From: an uncultured delta proteobacterium
GTDB lineage: Bacteria; Myxococcota_A; Polyangia; Fen-1088
Length of the DNA: 64,000 bases
Assembly: GCA_963767925.1 (NCBI GenBank)
Contig: CAVYGB010000008.1
Span: 1,920,001 to 1,984,000, forward strand
Direction: 5' to 3'
In this document: positions 1 through 9,441 of the stretch, one piece after another
Layout: each line of letters opens with the position of its first letter
How positions within the stretch are numbered: position 1 is the stretch's first letter
The notes under the pieces: generated by a model
The model's database searches: none
Seen by the model: the letters and a program-made list of their open reading frames with translations, nothing else
What the model was told of the DNA's origin: nothing
Translations under genes and position numbers: made by a program

Positions 1-35
1 TAGGCACCGCGGGGGGTTTTGTGTAGTTTCCCGTC

Positions 36-968
36 ATGGGGCGTCTGGAACGACGTCGGGACGGAACGCGCGTGCTCCTCGCGGCGGAGCACGTGGTGGG
101 CCGCCTCGTGCGCAGCCACCTGGCCCTGCAAGCGTCTTTCATCTCCACGGCCCACGCGCTGCTGCGCTGGACCGGTGAATTCTGGGAGCTCCGGGATCTG
201 GGGAGCAAGAACGGAACCTACGTCGACGACCAGCGGGTGGCGGTCGGCACGTCGGTGCGGCTCGGGCCAGGGGTGGAGATCGTCTTCGGCGAGGCCAGCG
301 AGACCTGGCAGATGGTCGATGACCGGGGTCCGGCGCCGGCGGCGGTTCCCCTCGACGGCGGCGACGCCAGCCTGATGAAGTCGGGCACCATCCTCGTCCC
401 CACGGGCGCCGACCCGCTGGCCAGCATCCACGCCGAGGGCGAAGGCTGGGTGCTCGAGATGGACGAGCGGACGAGGCCGCTCGAGCCCGGGCAGGAGTTC
501 GAGGTCGCCGGACGGCAGTGGCGCTTCGACTGCGCCACCGGAGCGGCCCAGACCCGGGCCAGCGAGATCCCCTGGAAGCGGCTCTCGGAGGTCGAGCTCG
601 TGTTCGGGGTCTCCCGCAACGAGGAGCACGTCGCCCTGAAGGTGCGCACCGGCCTGATCGAGCAGGACCTGGGCGAGCGCGGCGCCTTTTATCTGGCGCT
701 GGTCCTGGTCGAGCACCGCCTGAAGGAGCGGGACGAGGGCCTCAACGAGCCCGGCTGGCTGGAGGTCCACGAGCTGCTGGAGATGGTGCCGGAGTACACC
801 AGCTCCTCCCATGTCAACGTCGCGGTCTGCCGCCTGCGCCAGCTCCTGCACGCCGCCGGGGTCCAGGACGCGCCCCGGGTCATCGAGCGCCGGCGGGGGC
901 AGCTCCGCTTCGGGACCGACCGGGTGCAGATCCTGCGAGAGTCGGTCGGGGCGGAGCCTCTCCCGTGA
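36..968 (+). CDS. FHA-domain protein with putative C-terminal winged-helix DNA-binding domain
   Basis: N-terminal FHA motifs (VGR...S..HA...LRDLGSKNGTYVD); C-terminal VNVAVCRLRQLL...IERRRGQLRFG resembles an OmpR-type wHTH; stop overlaps the next start (GTGA at 965-968). Confidence 0.85.
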   Translation: MGRLERRRDGTRVLLAAEHVVGRLVRSHLALQASFISTAHALLRWTGEFWELRDLGSKNGTYVDDQRVAVGTSVRLGPGVEIVFGEASETWQMVDDRGPAPAAVPLDGGDASLMKSGTILVPTGADPLASIHAEGEGWVLEMDERTRPLEPGQEFEVAGRQWRFDCATGAAQTRASEIPWKRLSEVELVFGVSRNEEHVALKVRTGLIEQDLGERGAFYLALVLVEHRLKERDEGLNEPGWLEVHELLEMVPEYTSSSHVNVAVCRLRQLLHAAGVQDAPRVIERRRGQLRFGTDRVQILRESVGAEPLP

Positions 969-3900
969 AGCCGCTGGCCATCGACAGGGACGAGCTGCGC
1001 GCCGCCCTGGGCGACGGATACGAACCCCTCGAGCTGCTGGGCCAGGGCACCTACGGCGCGGTCTTTCGCGCGACCCAGACCCGCACCGGTCAGGTCGTGG
1101 CGATCAAGGTCCAGCGCCTGAGCGCCGATCTCAGCCTCGAGCAGAGGGCGGCCCGGGTGGCGCGCTTCGAGCGCGAGACCCGCCTGTGCGCAACCCTCAA
1201 CCACCCGAACATCGTCCGGATCATCGACACGGGCCGGGCCGACGACGGCCTCTACATGGTGTTCGAGCTCGTGCCCGGCGAGACGCTGACCGAGCTGCTG
1301 GCCCGGCGGCGGGCGCTGCCCCCGGCCGAGGCGGTCGAGCTGCTGGGGCAGGTCCTCGAGGCGCTCGAGACGGCCCACGGACAGGGCATCGTCCACCGCG
1401 ACCTCAAGCCGGAAAACATCATGGTGGTCACCGGCGGAGGCCTCCCCTACGTCAAAGTGCTGGACTTCGGCATCGGAGCCTACGTCACCGACGCGGGCGC
1501 CGGGCTCCCCACCCTCACGCGCAGCCACGAGTTCGTCGGCACCCCCTCGTACAGCGCCCCCGAGCAGCTCCGGGGCGAGCCGGCCACGCCTCGCTCGGAC
1601 ATCTACGCCTGGGGGCTGGTGCTGCTGGAGTGCTTGACCGGGCGCCGCCTGATGGACGGCGCGACGGTGGCCCAGGTCTTCTACAAGCAGCTCAGCCCCG
1701 AGGAGGTGCCCCTGCCAGCGTCGGTGGTGATGCACCCGCTGGGCGCGTTGCTGCGCCGGGCGCTGGCCAAGCAGTCCCGCGAGCGGGCCAGCAGCGCCGG
1801 CCGGCTCGCGCGCGAGCTGCGGGAGCTGCGGGTCTCCGACCTGGTGGGCCCGCTGGCCCAGCCGGAGACGGCCCCGCCCGCCCGGACAGTAGCGCTGGAG
1901 GGGGTGGCCTTCGGCGGCGAGCGCCGTCAAGCCACGGTGGTGAGCTGCAGCCTCGCCGTGGTCCCGGCCTGCCCCAACCCGCCCGACCTCGAGACCTTCG
2001 ACGCCATCGCCCGCGACCAGCTCAACACCTGCGTGGACATCGCCACCCGCTTCGGCGGCCACGTGGTGGGCCGGCTGGCCAATCGGATCGTGGCGCTGTT
2101 CGGCTTCCCCCAGGCCAGCGACAGCGACGCCCGCCGCGCCTGTCGCGCCGCCCTGGAGCTGTCGTCCCGGATCCACGCCCGGCGGAGCATCCTCGCCGCC
2201 CAGCAGGGCGTCGACCTGGAGCTGAGGATCGGCATCCACACCGGGATGGTGCTGGTGGCCTCCGACGGGACGCCGGGGGGGCCGGCGTTCAGCGCGGCCA
2301 CCCGGCTCGAGGGTATGGCGCCGGTGGGGGCCACCCTGGCCAGCGCGGCCACCCGGGGCCTGCTGCGCCGCCAGCTCGGTTTCCGGCCGTTCGAGGCGGC
2401 CGGCGAAGCTGGCCCGGGCGCCGACCAGCCGGCATATCTCCTGGTCTCGGAGGGCCCCTCCGGCGGCGGCGATCCCGGACTGGAGCGGGGGCCCGGTCCG
2501 CCGCTGGTGGGCCGGGACCAGGAGCTCGAGACGTTGCTCGAGCACTGGGAGAAGGCCCGGGGCGGCGCCGGACGCACGGTGCTCCTGCGCGGGGAGGCGG
2601 GGGTGGGCAAGTCCCGGCTGGTGCAAGAGATCCGCCAGCGCGCGCTGGCGGAGGACGCCTCTTGCTACGAGTGCCGCTGCTTTCCCGAGGAGATCAACAA
2701 CGCGCTCGACCCGGTGCTGGGGTTCCTCCGGCAGCAGCTCGAGCTGGCGGGGGTCAAACCCGAGGCCCAGGCGGCGGCGCTCGAAGCCGCGCTGGCGGCG
2801 TGCGGGCTCGAGCCCGCCCGGTCGATGCCGGTGGTGGCGTCCTGGCTGTCCCTGCCGACGGGCCATCCTCCCTTGCCGCTCTCGGGGGAGCGACAGCGCG
2901 AGGTCCTCCTGGACGCGCTCGTCCGGCTGTTCGGCGTCACCCGCTCCGGCGAGCCGCGCCTGATCGTCGTCGAGGATCTGCACTGGTCCGATCCCACCAC
3001 CCGTCAGTTCGTCTCCCGGCTGGCCGAGCTGGCCACCGGTCAGGCGGTGCTCATGCTGCTGACGGCCCGGCCCGAGCTCGAGCAGGCGCCGGAGGGGGCC
3101 CACCCCCTCGAGCTGGCCGGGCTCGACCGGGCCTCGGTCGAGCGGCTGATCGAGGCCAGCGCCGGGCCCCTGGCGCTCGATCGGGCGGTGGTCGAGGGCA
3201 TCGTCGCCCGGACCGACGGGATTCCGCTGTTCGTCGAGGAGCTGACCCGCAGCTTGCTGGGGTCCGGGCGGGGCGAGATCCCGGCGTCGCTCCTCGATCT
3301 GCTCAACAGCCGGCTCGACCGCCTGGGCCCCGCCAAGGAGACCGCCCAGGTCGCGGCCGCCCTGGGGCGGGAGTTCGAGCTGGACCTGCTCGACGTGGCC
3401 TCCACCCGCGGCTCCGAGGCGCTCAAGGCGCACCTCGAGGTCCTGGTGGAGGCGAACATGCTGCGCCAGCGGTTGCAGGCCTCGGGGGCGCGCTACCAGT
3501 TCCGCCACGCCCTCATCCAGGAGGCGGCCTGGCAGAGCATGCTCAGCGGCCAGCGCCGGACCGTCCACGGCCGCATCGCCCAGGCGCTCGAGGACCGGGC
3601 CGGCCAGGGCGGCGGGCGCGACGCGGCCCGCCTGGCCCGCCACCACGAGCTGGCCGGCGCCATCGCTCGAGCCGTCGGTTACCGCCTCCAGGCCGGGACC
3701 GAGGCGGCCCAGGCCTCGGCCTCGCAGGAGGCCCTCGCCCACCTGCGGGCGGGGCTGGCCCTGCTCGAGCAGGTGCCGCCGGGCCCCCGCGCGTCTCTGG
3801 AGATCGATCTGCTCAACGCCCTGGGCGGGGTCCTCATCGCCACCCGGGGGCTGGCCGCTCCGGAGGTCGTCGAGACCTACACCCGCTCGTGGGAGCTGGT

Positions 3901-4981
3901 GCGCGGCGGCGGCCCGAGCCCCATCCAGGGCTTCCGCACCTTGCGGGGGCTGTGGACCTTCCACAACGCCCGGGCCGACTACCCCAGCGCCGGGGAGATC
4001 GTCGAGCGGATGCTCGACCTGGCCGCGCGCGAGCAGGGCTCCGAGTTTCAGCTGGCGGCCCACGAATGCGCCGGGCAGACCGCCTTGCTGACCGGTCGGT
4101 TCCAGGCCACCGTCCAGCACAGCCAGGCCTGCGCGCGCTATTTCGACCCCGCGCTCCAGCGCGAGCAGATCGTCCGCTACGCCTCCGACCTGCGCCTCAA
4201 CGCCCTCTCCTTCGGGTGCATCGCCCAGGCCCTCCTGGGTCAGGTCGACCGCACCCGCGAGGGGCTGGTCATCGTGCTCGAGGAGTCCGAGCGGCTCGGC
4301 CTCCCCGGCCTGCGGGCGCTGATGCTGGGACAGGCCGCCTGGATCGATCTGCTGTGGAGCGGATGTTTGCTCCGCAGCAACCCGGCGCGGGCCCAGGCCC
4401 AGGCCCGGGCCCAGGAGGTGGTGCGCCTGGCCGACGAGGTCGGCTTCCAGTTCGGGCAAGCTTACGGGCGGCTGCTGGCGTCGGCCGCCGGCGCGCTCGA
4501 CGGCCAGGCCGAGGCGGTGGCCGGGCTCGAGCAGCTCACGCACCTCTGGCGCCTGTCCGGGACCTCGGCCCTGCTGAGCTGGCAGCTCGCCTTCCTGGCG
4601 CAAGGCAAGCTGGCCCTCGGCGACCATGCCGGGGCCCGGGCGGCGGCGGACGCCGCGGTGGAGCACTGCGAGCGCACCGGCGAGGCCTACGGCGCGTCCG
4701 AGGCCCAGCGCGTGCTCGGGCTGGTGCTGAGCGCGCCCGGCAACCCCGCCCGCGATCCCGGGCGGGCGGCGCAGGCCTTCGGCCGGGCGCTCGAGATCGC
4801 CGAGCGGCAAGAGGCGCGCTGGCTGACCCTGCGGGCGGCCTTCAGCTTTGCCGGGGCGGCCTCGCCGGAGCTGGCCGGGCCGGCCCGGGACCGGCTGGCT
4901 GAAGAGCTGGGCTGGTTCAGGGAACAGAGACAGGGACTCGAGACACCGCTGGTCGCCGACTGTCGGGAGCTGCTGGCTTGA
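965..4981 (+). CDS. Ser/Thr kinase - class III cyclase-like - AAA ATPase - TPR fusion (TOMM-system kinase/cyclase, TIGR03903-like), ~1338 aa
   Basis: GQGTYG, VAIK, HRDLKPEN, DFG and APE kinase motifs; LRIGIHTG cyclase motif; Walker A GEAGVGKS; VEDLHWSD; TDGIPLFVEEL; YQFRHALIQEAAW; helical C-terminus. GTG start at 965 inferred from coupling. Confidence 0.9.
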   Translation: MKPLAIDRDELRAALGDGYEPLELLGQGTYGAVFRATQTRTGQVVAIKVQRLSADLSLEQRAARVARFERETRLCATLNHPNIVRIIDTGRADDGLYMVFELVPGETLTELLARRRALPPAEAVELLGQVLEALETAHGQGIVHRDLKPENIMVVTGGGLPYVKVLDFGIGAYVTDAGAGLPTLTRSHEFVGTPSYSAPEQLRGEPATPRSDIYAWGLVLLECLTGRRLMDGATVAQVFYKQLSPEEVPLPASVVMHPLGALLRRALAKQSRERASSAGRLARELRELRVSDLVGPLAQPETAPPARTVALEGVAFGGERRQATVVSCSLAVVPACPNPPDLETFDAIARDQLNTCVDIATRFGGHVVGRLANRIVALFGFPQASDSDARRACRAALELSSRIHARRSILAAQQGVDLELRIGIHTGMVLVASDGTPGGPAFSAATRLEGMAPVGATLASAATRGLLRRQLGFRPFEAAGEAGPGADQPAYLLVSEGPSGGGDPGLERGPGPPLVGRDQELETLLEHWEKARGGAGRTVLLRGEAGVGKSRLVQEIRQRALAEDASCYECRCFPEEINNALDPVLGFLRQQLELAGVKPEAQAAALEAALAACGLEPARSMPVVASWLSLPTGHPPLPLSGERQREVLLDALVRLFGVTRSGEPRLIVVEDLHWSDPTTRQFVSRLAELATGQAVLMLLTARPELEQAPEGAHPLELAGLDRASVERLIEASAGPLALDRAVVEGIVARTDGIPLFVEELTRSLLGSGRGEIPASLLDLLNSRLDRLGPAKETAQVAAALGREFELDLLDVASTRGSEALKAHLEVLVEANMLRQRLQASGARYQFRHALIQEAAWQSMLSGQRRTVHGRIAQALEDRAGQGGGRDAARLARHHELAGAIARAVGYRLQAGTEAAQASASQEALAHLRAGLALLEQVPPGPRASLEIDLLNALGGVLIATRGLAAPEVVETYTRSWELVRGGGPSPIQGFRTLRGLWTFHNARADYPSAGEIVERMLDLAAREQGSEFQLAAHECAGQTALLTGRFQATVQHSQACARYFDPALQREQIVRYASDLRLNALSFGCIAQALLGQVDRTREGLVIVLEESERLGLPGLRALMLGQAAWIDLLWSGCLLRSNPARAQAQARAQEVVRLADEVGFQFGQAYGRLLASAAGALDGQAEAVAGLEQLTHLWRLSGTSALLSWQLAFLAQGKLALGDHAGARAAADAAVEHCERTGEAYGASEAQRVLGLVLSAPGNPARDPGRAAQAFGRALEIAERQEARWLTLRAAFSFAGAASPELAGPARDRLAEELGWFREQRQGLETPLVADCRELLA

Positions 4982-6050
4982 AGGGACCGGGAGCCAGCGC
5001 CCGGGCCGCGAACCCCAGGTAGGCCTTGCAGAGGAGGGGACGCCCCGGGGTCTGGGCGAGCTTGAGGTCGAACCAGCGGTCGATCCGGTCGCCGTCGACC
5101 TCGGCGCGCGCCGGCCAGCCCAGGAGGACGTCGCGCTCGGCGGCGGCGCACAGCCCCTCTGCCACCATCTGCTCGAGGAGGGCCCGCCGGGAAGGGTCCC
5201 GCTCGCGGGCGAGGCTCAGCTGCTGCTGGGCGAACACGATGCCCAGGCCGGCGCTCCCGGGCTCGAGCATCCCCGTGACCGGCAGGTCGACGTAGACCAT
5301 GCCGCCCGTGCGCTCCGGGGGACAGGTTCGTTCGAGGAGCCTGGCGATGGCGCCTGGGTCTCCCGCCCAGCCAACCTCCTTCAGGTAGGGAACGACGGTC
5401 TCGGTCGGAAAGGCGCCGTATAGCTTCAGCTCGATGGGCGCGCGGGCGGCCATCACCGACAGGTGGATCCAGCGGGCGCCGGGCGGCAGCCGCTCGATGC
5501 AACGCTGAAAGCAGGTGCGCTCGCTGGCATCGACCTCCTCCCCGCGAATCACCCGCACCGCCTCGAGCACGGTGGCGATCACCTCCGCGGCGGGCTGGCT
5601 CGGCAGGGTGGCGGCCGGATCCAGATAGGCCGGCGCGACACAGACCCCGACGTTGGCGATTGGCTGGAGCTCGTGCTCCATGTGATCGAACTCCAGCCAG
5701 GTCACCGGCACCGACCCGTACAGGGCGGAGGCGGGCGAGGCCCATGCCTCGACGAGCCGGGCGATCGGCCAGAGCTCTGGCCGCGACAGGCCAGCCAGCA
5801 GGGCCTGCAAGCGCGCGCGTTCGAGGGTCGTGGCGGCCGACACGAGGAGGTCGATCTGCGAAGGCCCTCCCGCCTGGCCCAGGCGACATTCGAGGTACTG
5901 GGTCTGGCCCAGGTCGGGCAGCCCGCGGGTGAAGGCCAGCAACCGGTTCAAGGTGGGCTCGGGCACCAGGGCGGCGCCCAGGCCGTCGGAGACGGCCTGG
6001 AGCGCCCGGTACGCGGAGCGGTAGACCGGTGAAATCCCCTGCTCCGACAT
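4917..6050 (-). CDS. Conserved hypothetical protein, possibly ABBA/aromatic prenyltransferase-like
   Basis: Protein-like ORF with motifs YLECRL..IDLLV, WLEFD, HLSVMAAR, DLKL, KAYLGF; start lies just after the orf174 stop. Fold assignment is inference only. Confidence 0.6.
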   Translation of the reverse strand: MSEQGISPVYRSAYRALQAVSDGLGAALVPEPTLNRLLAFTRGLPDLGQTQYLECRLGQAGGPSQIDLLVSAATTLERARLQALLAGLSRPELWPIARLVEAWASPASALYGSVPVTWLEFDHMEHELQPIANVGVCVAPAYLDPAATLPSQPAAEVIATVLEAVRVIRGEEVDASERTCFQRCIERLPPGARWIHLSVMAARAPIELKLYGAFPTETVVPYLKEVGWAGDPGAIARLLERTCPPERTGGMVYVDLPVTGMLEPGSAGLGIVFAQQQLSLARERDPSRRALLEQMVAEGLCAAAERDVLLGWPARAEVDGDRIDRWFDLKLAQTPGRPLLCKAYLGFAARALAPGPFKPAAPDSRRPAVSRVPVSVP

Positions 6051-6055
6051 CTCGC

Positions 6056-6580
6056 TCACCACATCGGCAAGGGAGGAACTCGGGAATCGCGCTTCATGAG
6101 CTCGGCCTTGATCAGGCTCAAGATGCCGTCGATCTGCGCCTCCTGGGGCAGGACCGCCTCCTGATCGGCGGGGTCCCGGCTGGTCATGACCTCCCGCCGC
6201 ACCTGCAGCGTCCCCACCAGGGCGGTCACCTTGCCCGCCAGGTCGGCGGCCGCGGCCCGGGCGGCGGCCACGTCGGCCTCCACCTTCTGGCGAACGGCGG
6301 TCACCACGTGTTCGCTCTGGCCGAGCACCGCCGCCACCGTGGCCTCGCCGCGCGCCCGGGCCGCGTCGACCACCGCGTCCACCAGGTAGGCCCGGGCGAA
6401 GGGGCCCCCGTGATCACAATAGAGGGTGTGCTCGCCGCCGGCGTAGACCGCGTAGAGCAACGAGAGCACCGGGTAGTCACCGTTGGTGAACCGCAGCTTG
6501 TAACAGGAGAGCGGGCGCGCGACGTTGATGGCGGCCTGGATCGCTGGATGCAGCGGCGCCTTTTCTACGGGCAATGACAT
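6056..6580 (-). CDS. Hypothetical protein (174 aa) ending in ...RVPPLPMW
   Basis: ATG with upstream GGAAAGG; codon usage typical of the host; sits between the ECF sigma and the 4917-6050 gene with overlap or tiny gap. Confidence 0.75.
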   Translation of the reverse strand: MSLPVEKAPLHPAIQAAINVARPLSCYKLRFTNGDYPVLSLLYAVYAGGEHTLYCDHGGPFARAYLVDAVVDAARARGEATVAAVLGQSEHVVTAVRQKVEADVAAARAAAADLAGKVTALVGTLQVRREVMTSRDPADQEAVLPQEAQIDGILSLIKAELMKRDSRVPPLPMW

Positions 6581-7386
6581 GGAACGGCCTTTCCAGGGTT
6601 GTTCACGGCTCTCGTTGGCGGCGACGCCAGCCGACCCACCCCCAGATGATCGGAAGGAACCATCGAAGACCCTGCCGAAACCGGCCGCGGGCCTTTGCGA
6701 CTCGAGCCACCAACGCCAGGAAGACGCGCCGGCGGGGACTTATTTCCGGCCTCATTTGCGGCTTTCTCTCCGGTTTCGTCGCCCGCGTCGTCTCCGCCGT
6801 CGTCTTCGACGTCTTCTTCGCCCCTTTCGATCGCGCCTTCCAGGAGCGGCGTGAGCATCCTGCGCAAGTGGCGCTTGGCCCGCAGCAAGCGGGTCCCCAC
6901 CGTCCCCGCCGGCAACCGGAGCTGCCGGCTCATCTCCGCGTAAGACCAGCCCTTGAGCTGCAACTCGATGATCGTGCGGAAGGGGCCCGGGAGCCGGGCG
7001 ATGCAGGCGTGCAGCCGCTCATCGTCGATCCGGCGCCAGAGCGCCAGGGGAGCCTCCTCGCGTGCCAGCCGCTGCTCGAGCTGGGGGTCGAGGGGAATCC
7101 ACCGGCGCACGGCCCGCGCCCGGCAGACGTCGAGGTGAGCGTTGTGCATGATGGTGAACAGCCAGCGCAGCCCGGCCCCGCCCCCCACCGGTCGACCCGG
7201 TCGGCGAAGCGCCCGGGCCACCGTATCCTGGACGAGGTCTCCGGCGTCGCTCGGGTTCCGGGTCAACCAGAGGGCGCGTGTCTGGAGGGTCCGGCGGTGG
7301 AACCGGATCAGCTCCGGGAGCCACGCCGCGGCGGGCGCCTCCTCCTGCGCCGCAAGCGACTCGCTGGACGAAGAATCCCTCATCAC
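6565..7386 (-). CDS. ECF RNA polymerase sigma-70 factor with acidic C-terminal extension
   Basis: Region 2 DAGDLVQDT...WLFTIMHN; region 4 LP..FRTII.L...GWSYAEMS..L.LPAGTVGTRLLRAKRHL. Confidence 0.85.
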   Translation of the reverse strand: MMRDSSSSESLAAQEEAPAAAWLPELIRFHRRTLQTRALWLTRNPSDAGDLVQDTVARALRRPGRPVGGGAGLRWLFTIMHNAHLDVCRARAVRRWIPLDPQLEQRLAREEAPLALWRRIDDERLHACIARLPGPFRTIIELQLKGWSYAEMSRQLRLPAGTVGTRLLRAKRHLRRMLTPLLEGAIERGEEDVEDDGGDDAGDETGEKAANEAGNKSPPARLPGVGGSSRKGPRPVSAGSSMVPSDHLGVGRLASPPTRAVNNPGKAVPCHCP

Positions 7387-7428
7387 CCCCCTTTACCGAC
7401 TCCGTCCGTCACGATCGATTACGGGGCA

Positions 7429-8421
7429 TTACCGCGCCGGCGTCCGACCGAGGAGGGCGATCTCCGCGGCCTCGAGGGGACGATCATAGATCCGAAGGTC
7501 GTCTATCTGCCCGGCGCACAGCTCGTTGGGCGGCGTGTATGTTCCGACGTAGAGGATGCTGGGCGGGCCGGCCTGCGAGGCGGCGGTCGAGCTGTCGACC
7601 GGCGCGCCGTCGAGGTAGAGGCGGTGGATGGACCCGTCGAAGGTGTAGGCCAGGTGGTGGACGCCGGTCCCGAGCGGCGCTCCGGCGATGACGAGGCCCT
7701 GGTTCTCGGCCCAGCCCCAGGCCGCCGGACGGTCGCGATCGACTCCCACCTGGATGCCGGACGACAACGTGGGGTTCACCAGCGCCACGCAGGTACGCTG
7801 CCCGGTGACGCCGCTCGAAGGGGGCGCCGCGGGATCGGCCGCGAACCAGAAGCCGATCGTCTTGGCCCCTTCTATCCGGGGGACCCGCGCCCCCACGGTG
7901 GCCGCCAGGTAGTCGTCCTGTCCGTCGAGCCGCACGGCGAAGTCGGCGGGGGCCCGGGCGACCCGGCTCCGCTCCCAGCGGGCGCCGTTGTTGAGCTGCG
8001 CATGGTTTCCATTTCCCGTGGCGTCGCCGGCGCGCGTCCCTTCGCCCTCGTCGAAGGGCCAGTGCGCGACGAGGCCCCGTTCGGGAATCGCCGGCAGCAG
8101 ATCGATCGCCCGATCCGGCGGGCGCAGGTCGGCGGGGCGGTCGGGCAGAGGCTCCCGATCGAGCCCGAAGTCGGCCGCGCCGCCCACCCGGTCGGAGGGA
8201 CCATCGGGGGCAGCGTCGCCGTCATGTCGGGGCGCCAAATCGGTCCCCGCGGCGGCGGGATCCGCTCCGCCCGGGAGCGAGGGCGGCCCATCGAGCAGGG
8301 TGCGGCGGGGGCGCGCATCGGGCGCCTCTGGCACCACCCGTGGCACGACCAGCTCGCGGCGACACGCCGCACCGGATGCCACGAGCAAGATGAGGCAATT
8401 GCACGCGAGCGGACCCCTCAT
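7429..8421 (-). CDS. LamG-like jellyroll domain protein, probable lipoprotein
   Basis: LVAHWPFDEG.G...D.TGNGNHA, HHLAYTFDG...LYLDG, GQIDDLRIYDRPL; N-terminal hydrophobic stretch ending GAAC; Pro/Asp linker. Confidence 0.85.
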   Translation of the reverse strand: MRGPLACNCLILLVASGAACRRELVVPRVVPEAPDARPRRTLLDGPPSLPGGADPAAAGTDLAPRHDGDAAPDGPSDRVGGAADFGLDREPLPDRPADLRPPDRAIDLLPAIPERGLVAHWPFDEGEGTRAGDATGNGNHAQLNNGARWERSRVARAPADFAVRLDGQDDYLAATVGARVPRIEGAKTIGFWFAADPAAPPSSGVTGQRTCVALVNPTLSSGIQVGVDRDRPAAWGWAENQGLVIAGAPLGTGVHHLAYTFDGSIHRLYLDGAPVDSSTAASQAGPPSILYVGTYTPPNELCAGQIDDLRIYDRPLEAAEIALLGRTPAR

Positions 8422-8625
8422 CAATCGCCTCCCTTCCGGGCCCCTCCCAGGGGGTCCCGACAAGGAGACGCCCACTACCGCCGTTTCATGCGGGCCTTTC
8501 TGCGCCCCTTCCGCTCCGAAACGGCTCCAGCGGCGTCCTTCGACCGGTCGATCGTGGCACCTCCGCGCGGGCGGCCGACACGGCTCGCAAGAGACCTCTG
8601 CGCGACCGCGTCGGAGCGCGGACCT

Positions 8626-9441
8626 TCAGGCGGCGCCGGTCACCTCATCGGTCCACACCCGGAAGCCCTCGAGCGTGTTGGGGCCGAAGGTCGTGGCGAT
8701 GGCCACGTCCGAAGCGTCTCGGCCCCGGGCGATCAGGATGCGGCCGATGCGCGGCACGTTGTTGCGCGCATCGAAGGTATGCCAGCGCCCGCCCACGAAG
8801 GCCTCGAACCAGCCCGCGAAGTCCATCGGAGCGGCGGAGAGGGGCACGCCGATGTCACCGAGATAGCCGGTGCAATAGCGAGCGGGGATGTTCATGCACC
8901 GGCAGAGCGCGATCGCCAGGTGGGCGAAGTCCCGGCAGACGCCCCGGCGCTCGTTGAACACCTCCCAGGCGGTCTTGGTGGAGCTGGCGAATTCGTACCC
9001 GAAGGTGATGTGGCGGTGAACGAAGTCGCAGATGGCCTGCACGCGGGCCCAGCCCTGGGGGGCGTTCGCGAAAATCGCCCAGGCGGTCTCCGACAGGCGA
9101 TCGGTCTCGCAGTAGCGGCTCCCCAGCAGGAAAACCAGGGTCTCTTCCGGCAGCGCCTGGACCGGGTGCTGCTGGGCGAAGGCGTCGACTTCGTCGGGCT
9201 TCCCCGAGTCGTTGACGATGCCGTCGGCCGAGATCTGCACCGGACCGGCGGGCGCGACAAGCCGGGTGCACCAGTTGCCGAAACCATCCCGGTAGGCCGC
9301 GATCGGGACCGAGGGTCGGATGGTCATGTGATCGGGACGGACGATGTCCGAGACGCGTGAGTAGTGAACGTTCAGGGTCACGATCATGGGCGTGGGCTGC
9401 GGGAACCGGTACGTGAGCTCGTATCCAACTCGGATCAACAT
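8626..9441 (-). CDS. Transglutaminase-like family protein
   Basis: GVCRDFAHLAIALCR.MNIPARYCTGYL, GWFEAF.GGRW.TFDARNN, ARGRDASDV. Confidence 0.9.
   Translation of the reverse strand: MLIRVGYELTYRFPQPTPMIVTLNVHYSRVSDIVRPDHMTIRPSVPIAAYRDGFGNWCTRLVAPAGPVQISADGIVNDSGKPDEVDAFAQQHPVQALPEETLVFLLGSRYCETDRLSETAWAIFANAPQGWARVQAICDFVHRHITFGYEFASSTKTAWEVFNERRGVCRDFAHLAIALCRCMNIPARYCTGYLGDIGVPLSAAPMDFAGWFEAFVGGRWHTFDARNNVPRIGRILIARGRDASDVAIATTFGPNTLEGFRVWTDEVTGAA

Noticed and set aside
518..964. N-terminal 149 aa of the 1487-aa ORF call
   Set aside because: Off-frame overlap with the FHA gene; kinase-like sequence begins at the coupled GTG at 965.
689..4902. Very long antisense and alternate-frame ORFs (689-4810, 811-4902; likewise 6574-9360, 27170-28855, 54373-55968)
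   Set aside because: Shadow ORFs expected from high-GC codon bias; R/G/P-rich with no family motifs.
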